From NCBI GenBank assembly GCA_900617105.1, contig UYFQ01000032.1, positions 620,001 to 684,000 of the forward strand: 64,000 bases of DNA, read 5' to 3'. This stretch comes from Hydrurus foetidus (taxonomy: Eukaryota). Below are positions 1 through 9,192 of the stretch, piece after piece (the stretch's first letter is position 1; each line of letters opens with the position of its first letter). The position numbers were made by a program, and so were the translations under genes. The notes beneath the pieces are model-generated. The model did no database searches. It saw only the letters and a list, made by a program, of their open reading frames with translations, and was not told the origin of the DNA.

Positions 1-1483
1 GCACATACACATCCTAGGCATTTGCGGCACCTTCATGGGTGGCCTCGCCGCATTGGCACGCGAGGCGGGCCACCAAGTCACCGGCTGCGACACCGGCGTT
101 TACCCCCCCATGAGCGACCAGTTGCGCGCCCTGGGCATTGACTTGATCGAAGGCTTTGGCGCAGACCAGCTCGCCCTCAAGCCGGACATGTTCGTCATCG
201 GCAACGTAGTTTCTCGCGTCCACCAGAGCGACGGCACCCCCAAATTCCCGCTGATGGAAGCCATCCTCAGCGCCGGTCTGCCCTACACCAGCGGCCCGCA
301 GTGGCTCGCCGAACACGTCCTCGCAGACCGCCATGTGCTCGCTGTGGCAGGTACACACGGCAAAACCACCACCACGGCCATGTTGAGCTGGATACTGGAA
401 GACACGGGCCACAACCCCGGTTTTTTGGTGGGCGGCGTGCCCCTGAACTTCGGCGTTTCCGCCCGCTTAGGCGGTGCAGTCAGCGACAACAACCCCGGCC
501 AGCGCCCGCTTTTCGTCATTGAGGCCGACGAGTACGACACCGCCTTTTTCGACAAACGCTCCAAATTCGTCCACTACCGCCCCCGCACGGCGGTTTTGAA
601 CAATTTGGAATTCGACCACGCCGACATCTTCCCCGACCTCGCCGCGATTGAGCGCCAGTTCCACCATCTTGTACGCACCGTGCCCGGCACCCCTTGCGGT
701 CGCGTGATCGTCAACGGCCTGGAAGAAGCCCTCACCCGCGTGCTGCACCAAGGCTGCTGGAGCGAAGTCCGCAGCTTTGGCAGCACCGTGTGCGATTTCA
801 CCGCAGTGGGCGACCCCAGTGCGTTCGATGTGCTACAAAAAGGAGAGCTGGTAGCGCATGTGGAATGGACGCTTAGCGGCTTTCACAATCAATTAAACGC
901 CCTGGCCGCCATCGCCGCCGCCGAGCACGTTGGCGTCCCCCCCGCTGAAGCCGCCCGCGCCCTGGGCCGCTTCCAAAACGTACGCCGCCGCATGGAAGTG
1001 CGCGGCACAGTGTCTCGCACCACAGGCGACACCACCCCCATCACGGTCTACGACGATTTCGCCCACCACCCCACCGCCATCCGCACCACGCTGGACGGCC
1101 TGCGCACACAGCTCAACGCCGAAAGCAAAAAGCATAGCAATCCACACCGCATCCTTGCGGTCTTCGAGCCTCGCAGCAACACCATGAAGCTGGGCGCCAT
1201 GAAATCCCAACTCCCCTGGAGCCTGGAATCCGCCGACTTGGCCTTCTGCCACAGCGCAGGCCTAGACTGGGACGCCACAGAAGCCCTCGCCCCCTTGGGG
1301 AGCCGCGCCGTGGTCAGCAACCAATTAGACGAACTGATCGCCACCATCGTGGCAGCAGCCCTTCCCGGCGACCACATTGTGTGCATGAGCAATGGCGGGT
1401 TTGGGGGGGTGCATGGGAAGCTGCTGGGGGCGCTGAGCAATCCACCGAAGTTAGGCTCATCACGGCAAAACACACCCATGTAA
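1..1483 (+). CDS. mpl: UDP-N-acetylmuramate:L-alanyl-gamma-D-glutamyl-meso-diaminopimelate ligase (start codon cut by window edge)
   Basis: Frame reads HIHILGICGTFMGGLA from base 2; motifs GTHGKTTT, EADEYD, DDFAHHPT, FEPRSNT, MSNGGFGG. Confidence 0.95.
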   Translation, partial: HIHILGICGTFMGGLAALAREAGHQVTGCDTGVYPPMSDQLRALGIDLIEGFGADQLALKPDMFVIGNVVSRVHQSDGTPKFPLMEAILSAGLPYTSGPQWLAEHVLADRHVLAVAGTHGKTTTTAMLSWILEDTGHNPGFLVGGVPLNFGVSARLGGAVSDNNPGQRPLFVIEADEYDTAFFDKRSKFVHYRPRTAVLNNLEFDHADIFPDLAAIERQFHHLVRTVPGTPCGRVIVNGLEEALTRVLHQGCWSEVRSFGSTVCDFTAVGDPSAFDVLQKGELVAHVEWTLSGFHNQLNALAAIAAAEHVGVPPAEAARALGRFQNVRRRMEVRGTVSRTTGDTTPITVYDDFAHHPTAIRTTLDGLRTQLNAESKKHSNPHRILAVFEPRSNTMKLGAMKSQLPWSLESADLAFCHSAGLDWDATEALAPLGSRAVVSNQLDELIATIVAAALPGDHIVCMSNGGFGGVHGKLLGALSNPPKLGSSRQNTPM

Positions 1484-1509
1484 CTATCTGATTTAATTAA
1501 GTATTTTTC

Positions 1510-1743
1510 CTATGTGCTGGTCTTGCGCATAGGAAGCAGCCCAGTTTTTGACCAGCGCCGCTGGCTTGACCATCATCTGCATCTGCCGCCCCTGCCGCTG
1601 CACCTTGAACAACTGGTTAAGCCTGTTCACCGTGGCCACCTTGCTCTTCTCCTGCATTATCAAAACCGCTGTGACGATGCAAGCCGGGTGCGCCCGCTTC
1701 ACCATATGCTTTTGCGTGCGCTGTCAAAGTCGGGCTGGGTGGA
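1510..1743 (-). pseudogene. Degenerate partial copy of the DUF2779 nuclease gene (matches 3044-3440 with two internal deletions)
   Basis: By-eye alignment shows roughly 89% identity; deletions of 114 bp (AGCGC microhomology) and 49 bp (ATGCTTTTG microhomology). Confidence 0.9.
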
Positions 1744-1845
1744 CACATCCAGCGCCAAGCGCACATGGTCGATCACCGCAAGCCCGCCCTCAACATAGGC
1801 TGCATTGTCAAAGATCGAGTCACCCAACAAAACCAGATGCGTCAT
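1744..1845 (-). pseudogene. 5' fragment of an SGNH/GDSL hydrolase, truncated by the duplicated segment
   Basis: MTHLVLLGDSIFDNAAYVEGG carries the GDS block I motif; after about 34 codons the frame runs into the DUF2779 copy. Confidence 0.7.
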
Positions 1846-1859
1846 AGCAAATCCCTGCG

Positions 1860-3797
1860 CTAAACCGATGCCGTGCAATCTGCCAACCGAATCCAATGCT
1901 GCCAAGCCTGCAAGATCATCACCATGGCCAGCGTGTCCAGCTCGCAGTACCGCAACAGCGCCTTTTCGGTGGCTCGGCGGTGCGCGTCGGGCATGTCCTC
2001 AAACTGCAGGCACAGGTAGGCATTGGTCGCCGCACCGCCCTGGTTGAGGGCGGGGGTATCTGCACTTGCAGTGGCGGGCAACAGCAACTTGTAAGGGTCT
2101 GACACGCCCTCCTCGCTGCAGCGCCACCAAACCATGTCAGTGAAGTTGCAACTGGGTACGCTAGGCGCATCACCCTTTGCAGCGCCATAGCAAGGCTGGC
2201 CGTAAGTGGTTTTCAAATAATCTGAACTGCTCATCACCGATGGCAACACCTTCTTGATGGAGTTGCTGCCACGGGTGGAGGGGTGAAAGTACCTGCGCCG
2301 GGCCACATCGGCCAAGTCCACCATGGCGCGGGAGCCGCCCTTGGTGATGCTGTCGATAAAGTCAATCAACGCGGCCGTGTCTTCTGGCGGCGCGGCGTCC
2401 TCCAGCAACTGGGTCTTGATGGCGGTCAGGATGGAGTTTTCGTGATGGCTCCAGCGCATCACCGTGCCGTGGTCGCCCACCAGCGCCGCCCGCAATGCAC
2501 GCACAAAAGCGTAGTTGGGGAACACGCCTGGCTCGGCCAGCAAAAACTCGTCCTGGTGGCGCACGCTGCCGTCGCTCTCCAGCACGTGGTGCGAGAACTG
2601 AAACGCCACTTGCTCGTACGGCCTGCGTCCTTTGTGAAAGGGCAAGGCCACGGCGGCGGTTTCAAAGTCAATCAGGTGGTAGGGATAAGTCCAACCTGTC
2701 ATCTCGTTGACCAAGCCGTCGCGCTCCAGGTAGAAGCCATCATCCACGCACTCGGGTGGCAAGCCCCCTATTTGCAGCCACTGGCGCTGCGAGTTGCTCA
2801 GGCCGTCTGCCGCGTCCTTGATGCCCAGGTCATCCTGTGTGACTGACGTCAGTTTCTTGCGCCCGGCATCGATCATTTTTTGCTTGCCGCGAAAGTTCCA
2901 GATGTCCAGCACCGTGCCACCAGCAAAGTCGTCTGCGCCCCAGTGGTTCGCCTGCATCCAGCATTCATGAAAGCCGCTGCGCAGCGGCCCGCCCAGGCTG
3001 GCCTTGAACTCGCACCCGCCGCAGTGCATGCCGATGGTGGGGACTATGCGCTGGTCTTGCGCATAGGCTGCAGCCCATTCTTTGGCCAGCGCGGGCAGCA
3101 TGGCTTGCCCGCCGGGGTAGGCAATCTCGCCCGCCAAAATCTCGTTGACCAGGTGGTCTACCGATATCTTGCAAAGCACCGCGTCTTCGTCGGTCAAGGC
3201 AAGCGCTGCTGGCTTGACCGTCACCTGCATTTGCCGCCCCTGGCGCTGCACCTTGAACAACTGGTTGAGCCCGTTCACCGTGGCCACCTTGCTCTTGTCC
3301 GGCATCATCAAAGCCGCCGTCACGGTGCACGCCGGGTGCGCCCGCTGCACCACATGCTTTTGGAAAGCCACATCCTGCAAATACGGCAGCATGCCTGTGG
3401 ATATGCTTTTGCGTGCGCTGCCAAAGTCGGGCTGGGTGGAATCAAAGGACTTGGCCTTGACCTCAATGATCTCGATCACGTCGCCCCGCTTGACCAGCAC
3501 ATCCACCCGCACCAGGCAACCGTCCGCCGCAAACGCCGGCTCATACAGCGTCACGGTGTCTTGCTGCATCCACTGCGTTGTTTGCGCCAGCGCATCGGCA
3601 TTGTTCTTGGCCGTGACCTCATGCCCGCCAGGGTGCATCAGCTTGGCCAGCTCCCCCACCTGAAACCCACCATCCGCCAGCATGGCCATGAACTCGTTGT
3701 CGGCCATGGTGTTGGCGTAGTCAGGCTTGCCGGTGTAGTTGAGCTTGGTCGGGCAGGCGACGGCTAGCTTGAAGCGGGATTTAGTGAGGTAACGCAT
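1860..3797 (-). CDS. DUF2779-type protein: Cas4/RecB-like PD-(D/E)xK nuclease plus RNase H-fold (DEDD-like) exonuclease domain
   Basis: LTKSRFKLAVACP; VRVDVLVK..IIEVKAK; CGGCEF..HECW; LIDFET; YEQVAFQFSHH; RYCELDT. Confidence 0.75.
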   Translation of the reverse strand: MRYLTKSRFKLAVACPTKLNYTGKPDYANTMADNEFMAMLADGGFQVGELAKLMHPGGHEVTAKNNADALAQTTQWMQQDTVTLYEPAFAADGCLVRVDVLVKRGDVIEIIEVKAKSFDSTQPDFGSARKSISTGMLPYLQDVAFQKHVVQRAHPACTVTAALMMPDKSKVATVNGLNQLFKVQRQGRQMQVTVKPAALALTDEDAVLCKISVDHLVNEILAGEIAYPGGQAMLPALAKEWAAAYAQDQRIVPTIGMHCGGCEFKASLGGPLRSGFHECWMQANHWGADDFAGGTVLDIWNFRGKQKMIDAGRKKLTSVTQDDLGIKDAADGLSNSQRQWLQIGGLPPECVDDGFYLERDGLVNEMTGWTYPYHLIDFETAAVALPFHKGRRPYEQVAFQFSHHVLESDGSVRHQDEFLLAEPGVFPNYAFVRALRAALVGDHGTVMRWSHHENSILTAIKTQLLEDAAPPEDTAALIDFIDSITKGGSRAMVDLADVARRRYFHPSTRGSNSIKKVLPSVMSSSDYLKTTYGQPCYGAAKGDAPSVPSCNFTDMVWWRCSEEGVSDPYKLLLPATASADTPALNQGGAATNAYLCLQFEDMPDAHRRATEKALLRYCELDTLAMVMILQAWQHWIRLADCTASV

Positions 3798-3807
3798 TAG
3801 CTCTTAT

Positions 3808-5670
3808 TCACTGATTTTCATCATTGTCGATCTGCTCATCATCTTCATCGACTCGTATTCGGGAGTTTGGAAGGACTTCATTCGTAGGATTTAATATCCT
3901 CGTCAACTCCGATCGAAGAATTTCTTTTCTATTTTCATAAAAATCAATAAATTCACCGAAATTCAAATCAATATTTTCAGGGAAATAATTTGATTTTCTA
4001 AAATTATCTTTTTCATGGGTTGGTACTTTTTTTTCATAATATTCAATTAATGAACTATCATTTTTTGCACTGTTCTCTTTACCTTCCATTAATTGAAGAT
4101 TAGGAATGCAATCACGTAATTTTATCCACTCGTTCCATTTTTCTTTTGATAAATCAATCTCTTTGAAATATTTTTCAGAAAATCTTGCACTTGGATGAAT
4201 ATGATCTTGATGAAATGCAACTAGATTAAAACGCAAATTTGGATAAAGCAAAGATAAAATTAGGAAAGATTTATTGCCTTTAGTGTAAGTTAAAAAATCT
4301 TCAATATCTTCGGTAGTTATTTTAAATGATTTGTTTTGCAATTTAACAGCTTCGATAAGGTTGTCAAATGAGAATATTTTAATTCTTTTTCTCTTTTCAG
4401 AAGGATCAACCACTGGCCCTTTGAAATACTCGCGGAGCGAAGATATTACTCCTTCTTGCGACCCACCATATATTCCGTTTAACAATGAATTAATAAGATA
4501 TTTTTTTATATTTTTTTTGGAATCTGCTGATAAATCGCCATTGTTATATATATAGTAAGCAATAATGATTGTTGAGTTATTGGACGTAAGGGTTTTTTGA
4601 TTAAACCCAAATTCTTGCAAGAGATTTTTTGTCTCCATTATTGCGGAGTATATATTTTTCCAATTATTTTTAATCTCATCAACATTTTTTTGTTTAAATG
4701 AATCTATTTTATAGAGAACTGGTGCATCAGTTAGCACCAAACAACAGCGCATTAAATATTCATTGGTAAATGCAAATGCATCGTCGCCAGAATTTATATT
4801 TGTAAGTAATTTTTCAATTTCAGCTCTACCTTCAGGCCAATTTGCAACAATCATTGAAAACAGTAAATCCGTTTTGTCAAGCACCGTCCCACCACTGTTA
4901 ACTCTGACAAATATATTTAATATATCTTCAAGATCATTTTTTTCAATTTCAAAATAATTTATTAATTCTTGTTCGCGCAATCTTTTATGCAATATTTCTA
5001 ATGCCTTTTTTATGAATCTTTGATTTGTTAAAATTTTATTTTTTTGCTCTTCAAAATTGCATTTTTTTAATAGTTTTTGAATTTCGAAGTCAAACTCTGG
5101 ATCTTTTGGCCATATTAAAGCATCATGCATACTAAGCCAAAAAGAATTTTTATCTTTTGAGATCTCTTCATTTGTAAGAAACTTAAATTCAAAATTCTTT
5201 TCTTCAAGTGCAATAATTTCTTCTTCTGATTCATTAAACTTAAACGGTAAATTTAATATATTCAGATGTAATATTGAAGTTTCATACGAATCATTATTGG
5301 ATTTTCTTCCATACCGCACTCGTTCAGTATACGTGCCTTTGAGGCCTAAATAAATTGAACTTAAGCGCTGCTGGCCATCTAAAATTCCATTTATTTCTGG
5401 CCCATTAAAACCACCAGTTTTTATCTGATTTAGAGGATTTTTTTCAGTGTAATGCTTAAGAAATTCATAGAATGTATAGTTAACAGCTTTATCACTTTGT
5501 AACTTCCAAAAAAGAAAACTCCCTATGGGATAATCTCTCATAATTGAATCAAAATATTTTTCAATTTGAGATTTTTTCCAAATAAATTTTCTTTGAATTG
5601 CAGGTAAATAATATTTACTGCTGTCAATCTCGTTGACTATTTTAAATATTGATATAGCTTTGTAGCTCAT
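3808..5670 (-). CDS. DUF262 (ParB/Srx-like) plus HNH-like protein, GmrSD type IV restriction-like
   Basis: LPAIQRKFIW, YPIGSFLFW, LDGQQRL, IFVRVNSGG; C-terminal HQDHIHP and NLQLMEGKENSAK; strongly AT-rich. Confidence 0.85.
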   Translation of the reverse strand: MSYKAISIFKIVNEIDSSKYYLPAIQRKFIWKKSQIEKYFDSIMRDYPIGSFLFWKLQSDKAVNYTFYEFLKHYTEKNPLNQIKTGGFNGPEINGILDGQQRLSSIYLGLKGTYTERVRYGRKSNNDSYETSILHLNILNLPFKFNESEEEIIALEEKNFEFKFLTNEEISKDKNSFWLSMHDALIWPKDPEFDFEIQKLLKKCNFEEQKNKILTNQRFIKKALEILHKRLREQELINYFEIEKNDLEDILNIFVRVNSGGTVLDKTDLLFSMIVANWPEGRAEIEKLLTNINSGDDAFAFTNEYLMRCCLVLTDAPVLYKIDSFKQKNVDEIKNNWKNIYSAIMETKNLLQEFGFNQKTLTSNNSTIIIAYYIYNNGDLSADSKKNIKKYLINSLLNGIYGGSQEGVISSLREYFKGPVVDPSEKRKRIKIFSFDNLIEAVKLQNKSFKITTEDIEDFLTYTKGNKSFLILSLLYPNLRFNLVAFHQDHIHPSARFSEKYFKEIDLSKEKWNEWIKLRDCIPNLQLMEGKENSAKNDSSLIEYYEKKVPTHEKDNFRKSNYFPENIDLNFGEFIDFYENRKEILRSELTRILNPTNEVLPNSRIRVDEDDEQIDNDENQ

Positions 5671-5679
5671 AATGTTCTT

Positions 5680-6666
5680 TCATTGTTTAATCACGTTAAC
5701 TAAATTGTCTGAAGTGTCCATTGTGTTTAATCCAAAACCTCTCAACCACCACTCCAGTTGCGGCGTATCCGCCACCGTCGCCTGCAACCGAAACCAACCC
5801 GCAGGCTCATCCACCGGCGTCAACCGCTGGTCTTCACTCAATCGGCATTCCATCAAGTGTTCAGCCACGCTGGCTGCCACGCGCACATCCAGTTGCTTCA
5901 TGCCGCCGTTGCCAAAGTCGGCATAGCCGTTCTTCAAAAACTCGTCCAGGCTGAATCCTGGCAAGGGGGTCATGGGGGTATAGGTGTTGGTAGCCGCTTG
6001 GATTCGGTGCAGCGCCAGGCGGCGCATGTCGGTGTAGTCCCAACAGGTGCCCAGCAGGTACATCACCTGCCCGCGTTGCAGCAAGGCGTGCGGGTGCACG
6101 CGCAGCGCCGTGGTCTTGCCACCGCTGCGGCTGGCATAGGTCAGGTCAATTTGGGTTTCTTGCAGTAGGCATTCGCTTAGGGTGGCGTGCACTGCCGGGT
6201 CTATGGTCGGGGCCAGCAGCGGCTGGGTGGGCAAGGCCACACGCACTTTGCCTTGCCAGCGGGCCAACTGGTTGCTTTTGCCAGCGCTGCCCAGCACGTC
6301 ATCGGCTTTGTCCAGGTACGGGGCCAGCGCATCCATCATGGTGGTTGGCAGCAAAGGGCGCAGGTAGTCGCGCACCATGGCCAGCACCAGCGCGTCGCTC
6401 ACCGATGGCACGGGCAGGCTGAAGCTGGGGGCGCTCTTACGCCAGGACCAGAGGTAGGGTTCCTGCGTGTCGTCCACCCATACCGGAAAGCCGGCATCCA
6501 CCAGGGTATTAAGGTCACGCTCAACCGTGCGGCGCGTCACGGTGTAGCCCTCTTGCTGCAGTTTGTCGTGCAGCTGGGCTGCGGAGGTGGACTGTGGCTC
6601 GCGGGGAATGGATTGCAACAGCTTCCACTGTCTGAAAATGGTGTTTCTGCTTGTACTGACTGGCAT
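5680..6666 (-). CDS. wHTH-WYL-WCX transcriptional regulator, BrxR/CapW-like
   Basis: N-terminal HTH (VTRRTVERDLNTL), WYL domain (VHPHALLQRGQVMYLLG..RRLALHRI), WCX-like C-terminus (LEWWLRGFG). Confidence 0.9.
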   Translation of the reverse strand: MPVSTSRNTIFRQWKLLQSIPREPQSTSAAQLHDKLQQEGYTVTRRTVERDLNTLVDAGFPVWVDDTQEPYLWSWRKSAPSFSLPVPSVSDALVLAMVRDYLRPLLPTTMMDALAPYLDKADDVLGSAGKSNQLARWQGKVRVALPTQPLLAPTIDPAVHATLSECLLQETQIDLTYASRSGGKTTALRVHPHALLQRGQVMYLLGTCWDYTDMRRLALHRIQAATNTYTPMTPLPGFSLDEFLKNGYADFGNGGMKQLDVRVAASVAEHLMECRLSEDQRLTPVDEPAGWFRLQATVADTPQLEWWLRGFGLNTMDTSDNLVNVIKQ

Positions 6667-6798
6667 ATTTGCTCAGTAATTTATAGCAATTATCTGCGTT
6701 GAAAGAACTGCCTTCATGATAGGGCACAACGCCAATTTGCTGAGCCCTGCCGCAAAATACAAATCCACATATATGGTGTGTGGCGCTCAAGCCGCATA

Positions 6799-6826
6799 GT
6801 CGCAGACTGCGACGTATTTGGTCGCA
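6799..6826. promoter_or_regulatory. Putative WYL-regulator operator with three alternating half-sites
   Basis: GTCGCA-gac-TGCGAC-gtatttg-GTCGCA in the divergent intergenic region. Confidence 0.55.
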
Positions 6827-6879
6827 CGGGCCAAAACAATGGCGTTCTTCAGCCCACACCGGGCAAGGCAAAGGACACC

Positions 6880-8013
6880 ATGGAAAGCACAGCGGCCAAA
6901 GACAACACATCCATTTCAAGCACGGGCGGCATTTGGTACCAACTGCTGCAACTGGCAACCGTTGGCCTATTTGGCTATGCAAGTTACCTGGGGTTTCACT
7001 TGAGCTGGAAGTCAGGGCTTGGCATGCTTGCTGCCGCCGTGGTGGCGGTATTGGCAGGGCACGTGGCCTGGAAGGTAGGCGACTGGTTCCGCAAATTTGT
7101 GGCCCCGTCGTATTACTTTACCCACGGCGTTGAGGATGCTTTCAAGAAGCGAGTGTTCTGGCTGATAGGGCCGCAAAGCATTGCGTTTGGCGGGACGGTG
7201 ATTTTTGTTGTCGTTGTCAGTGGAGCCATCTTTTTGGACAAGACCCCTAACCGTGTGGCAATGGATACGGCAATTGATACGCCGGTAAGCGCTGTAAGCC
7301 TAGATCCAGCGCCGGTGACCTTACCAGTAGCTGTTGCGCCCCCAGATGTTGTCGTTAGCGTGCCAGCTATGGCGCAAGCGCCTGCCGTGGCATCAACCAC
7401 CGCCGCGCCGCCAGCCCTTAGCACCACAGAGGGGCCAGCTGCTTTGGTGGCATCGATGCTCAACCATGCGATGAATCCGCTTCAGTTAGCAGAAATCAAG
7501 GCGCAAATAGAGACCCTGCCCAAGCCCGCTACCGGTGACCGAAAATCAGCGCGCGCCTTGAATGACCAGGGCGTAAGCGCGCTGAAGGCAAAGAACAACG
7601 CCGAGGCTGTGGCCTTGTTGTCCAAAGCGGTGGAGGCTGATCCGTCAGACGCTGAAGTCGTCAACAACCATGTTCATGCACTGATTCAGGCCGGCAATAT
7701 TGCTGATGCCGAACTGGCGATGCCCAAATTGTTGATGCTGAGTCCAGGGAGGTCTTCTGCTTGGGTCAATCTGGCCGAGATGTATGCGCAAAAAGCCCAG
7801 GTGGCCGACACGTCAAAGGCGCTGATTGTGGCGTTTCAGTTCTCAAGCAACAAAGACAGAACACTTCAGTACCTGAAAACCCAAGAGGTGGCAGGCGATT
7901 CACCAGCGATGCAAGTGGCGGCACAAGCTGCGCTGCAACGACTTGCAGGTGGCACAGCCATGCCAGGTCTCGCCGATAACGCCTCAGTCAATCTGCACGG
8001 CGGCAAACTCTGA
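6880..8013 (+). CDS. Membrane protein with Pro/Ala-rich linker and C-terminal TPR repeats
   Basis: About 3 hydrophobic segments; TPR-like helices (ARALNDQG..KAVEADPSDAEVVNN; SAWVNLAEMY); AAGGA before ATG 6880. Confidence 0.7.
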   Translation: MESTAAKDNTSISSTGGIWYQLLQLATVGLFGYASYLGFHLSWKSGLGMLAAAVVAVLAGHVAWKVGDWFRKFVAPSYYFTHGVEDAFKKRVFWLIGPQSIAFGGTVIFVVVVSGAIFLDKTPNRVAMDTAIDTPVSAVSLDPAPVTLPVAVAPPDVVVSVPAMAQAPAVASTTAAPPALSTTEGPAALVASMLNHAMNPLQLAEIKAQIETLPKPATGDRKSARALNDQGVSALKAKNNAEAVALLSKAVEADPSDAEVVNNHVHALIQAGNIADAELAMPKLLMLSPGRSSAWVNLAEMYAQKAQVADTSKALIVAFQFSSNKDRTLQYLKTQEVAGDSPAMQVAAQAALQRLAGGTAMPGLADNASVNLHGGKL

Positions 8014-8485
8014 GTTTTGCAAAGACTGCACGCAGGTGATTCTCTGCATCAGCGTCAAACCCAAGGTAGCTTTTGCAAGCCACCAAGTTTGCTTTGTGAT
8101 GTAGAAATTGCCAGTGCGCGTCGTCCAACGCACACCACTGACTATCGGTTAACCCATTGTCGACCAGCCACTGAAGAATCTCGATTTCGCGCCGGTAGAA
8201 CACCACTGAATTATCCGCATTCACAACTGGGGTAGCGCCAATAATCCTTGTAGCAATGTCATTTGAAAAGCGATGCTTCAAGCTTTCCAGGTTGACCTGC
8301 TCCCGCCAGGTCGAACTGATCACCACTTCAACTTCTGAAAAATCTCGAAGCAAGGCTTCCAAACGGGGCAGATTGCAAAACGCCACCTCGCCTGGCACCT
8401 GCTGCCCTTCATACTGCGGATGCAGCACACCATCAAAATCCAGGAAGAGCAGGGTTCGTTTGTACATGTGTTTAAGGTGTGGCAC
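7988..8485 (-). CDS. HAD-domain protein, Swiss-Army-Knife RNA-repair-like
   Basis: LFLDFDGVLHP, VVISSTWR, REIEILQWL, WCALDD; start uncertain. Confidence 0.8.
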   Translation of the reverse strand: MPHLKHMYKRTLLFLDFDGVLHPQYEGQQVPGEVAFCNLPRLEALLRDFSEVEVVISSTWREQVNLESLKHRFSNDIATRIIGATPVVNADNSVVFYRREIEILQWLVDNGLTDSQWCALDDAHWQFLHHKANLVACKSYLGFDADAENHLRAVFAKLRVCRRAD

Positions 8486-8663
8486 ATGAGAATATCAGGT
8501 GCTCAGCACACTGATCCACTGCTATAAGCGGTTCATGGGAAGTGCTTCCGTAATTCGATCGCTTGCTTCTACGTGAATGGCATTTGTCTTTACGGAAAAA
8601 CTTCCCATCAAGCAGGACGGAGGGGTCAAATCTTGCTTTGCAACACAAGCCACTCGGCACATC

Positions 8664-9185
8664 TCACACCTCGCCAACTTGCGCCAACACCGATGCCACA
8701 AACGGATGGCTCAAAAAGTAGCCCTGCGCTTGCATAGCCTGCAACAGCGGTTTCAATGCGGGGATCAAGCCAAGTTGTTTGGCTACTTTCAACACGCCGA
8801 CGGTTCCCGTCAGGGGAATGCGGGCGTGTAGCGCGGCTTGCCTTCCCCGCGTATCGTCAACAATCACCAAGACTTCGTGCCCCAGTTTCTGCTGGCTACC
8901 CGCCAAGACCAAGGCGCTGGCTTCACCGGCATCAATGTGGTGAAGTGCCATCAGTGCATTGCATTCAGCCACCGAATCGCCTTGCAACGTGATGGTTTGC
9001 AGCCACGCTTGCTGCAATGCTGCGTTGACGGCTTCAAAGTCAGGAAAGCGCTCCCCGCTGCTGATTTCTTGCGCAACCGTTTCAGTCACCATCACGGTGC
9101 CGAACAACTAGGGCAGCAGATCAAGGTGCCCGACTCTGGCCAAGGCAATGAGTGGCCCGGCATCGGCAATGACAACAGAGCTCAT
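8664..9185 (-). pseudogene. DUF3368 PIN-domain toxin with premature TAG
   Basis: MSSVVIADAGPLIALARVGHLDLLP*LFGTV...; in-frame TAG at 9108-9110; IDAGEASA, VDDTRGR, GTVGVL downstream. Confidence 0.85.
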
Positions 9186-9192
9186 GCGGAAG

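Noticed and set aside
1510..3440. DGR template/variable repeat pair
   Set aside because: Mismatches are not adenine-specific on either strand (mostly GC-to-AT decay), deletions are present, and no reverse transcriptase is in the window
1860..3797. CRISPR-Cas locus suggested by Cas4-like motifs
   Set aside because: No repeat-spacer array and no other cas genes
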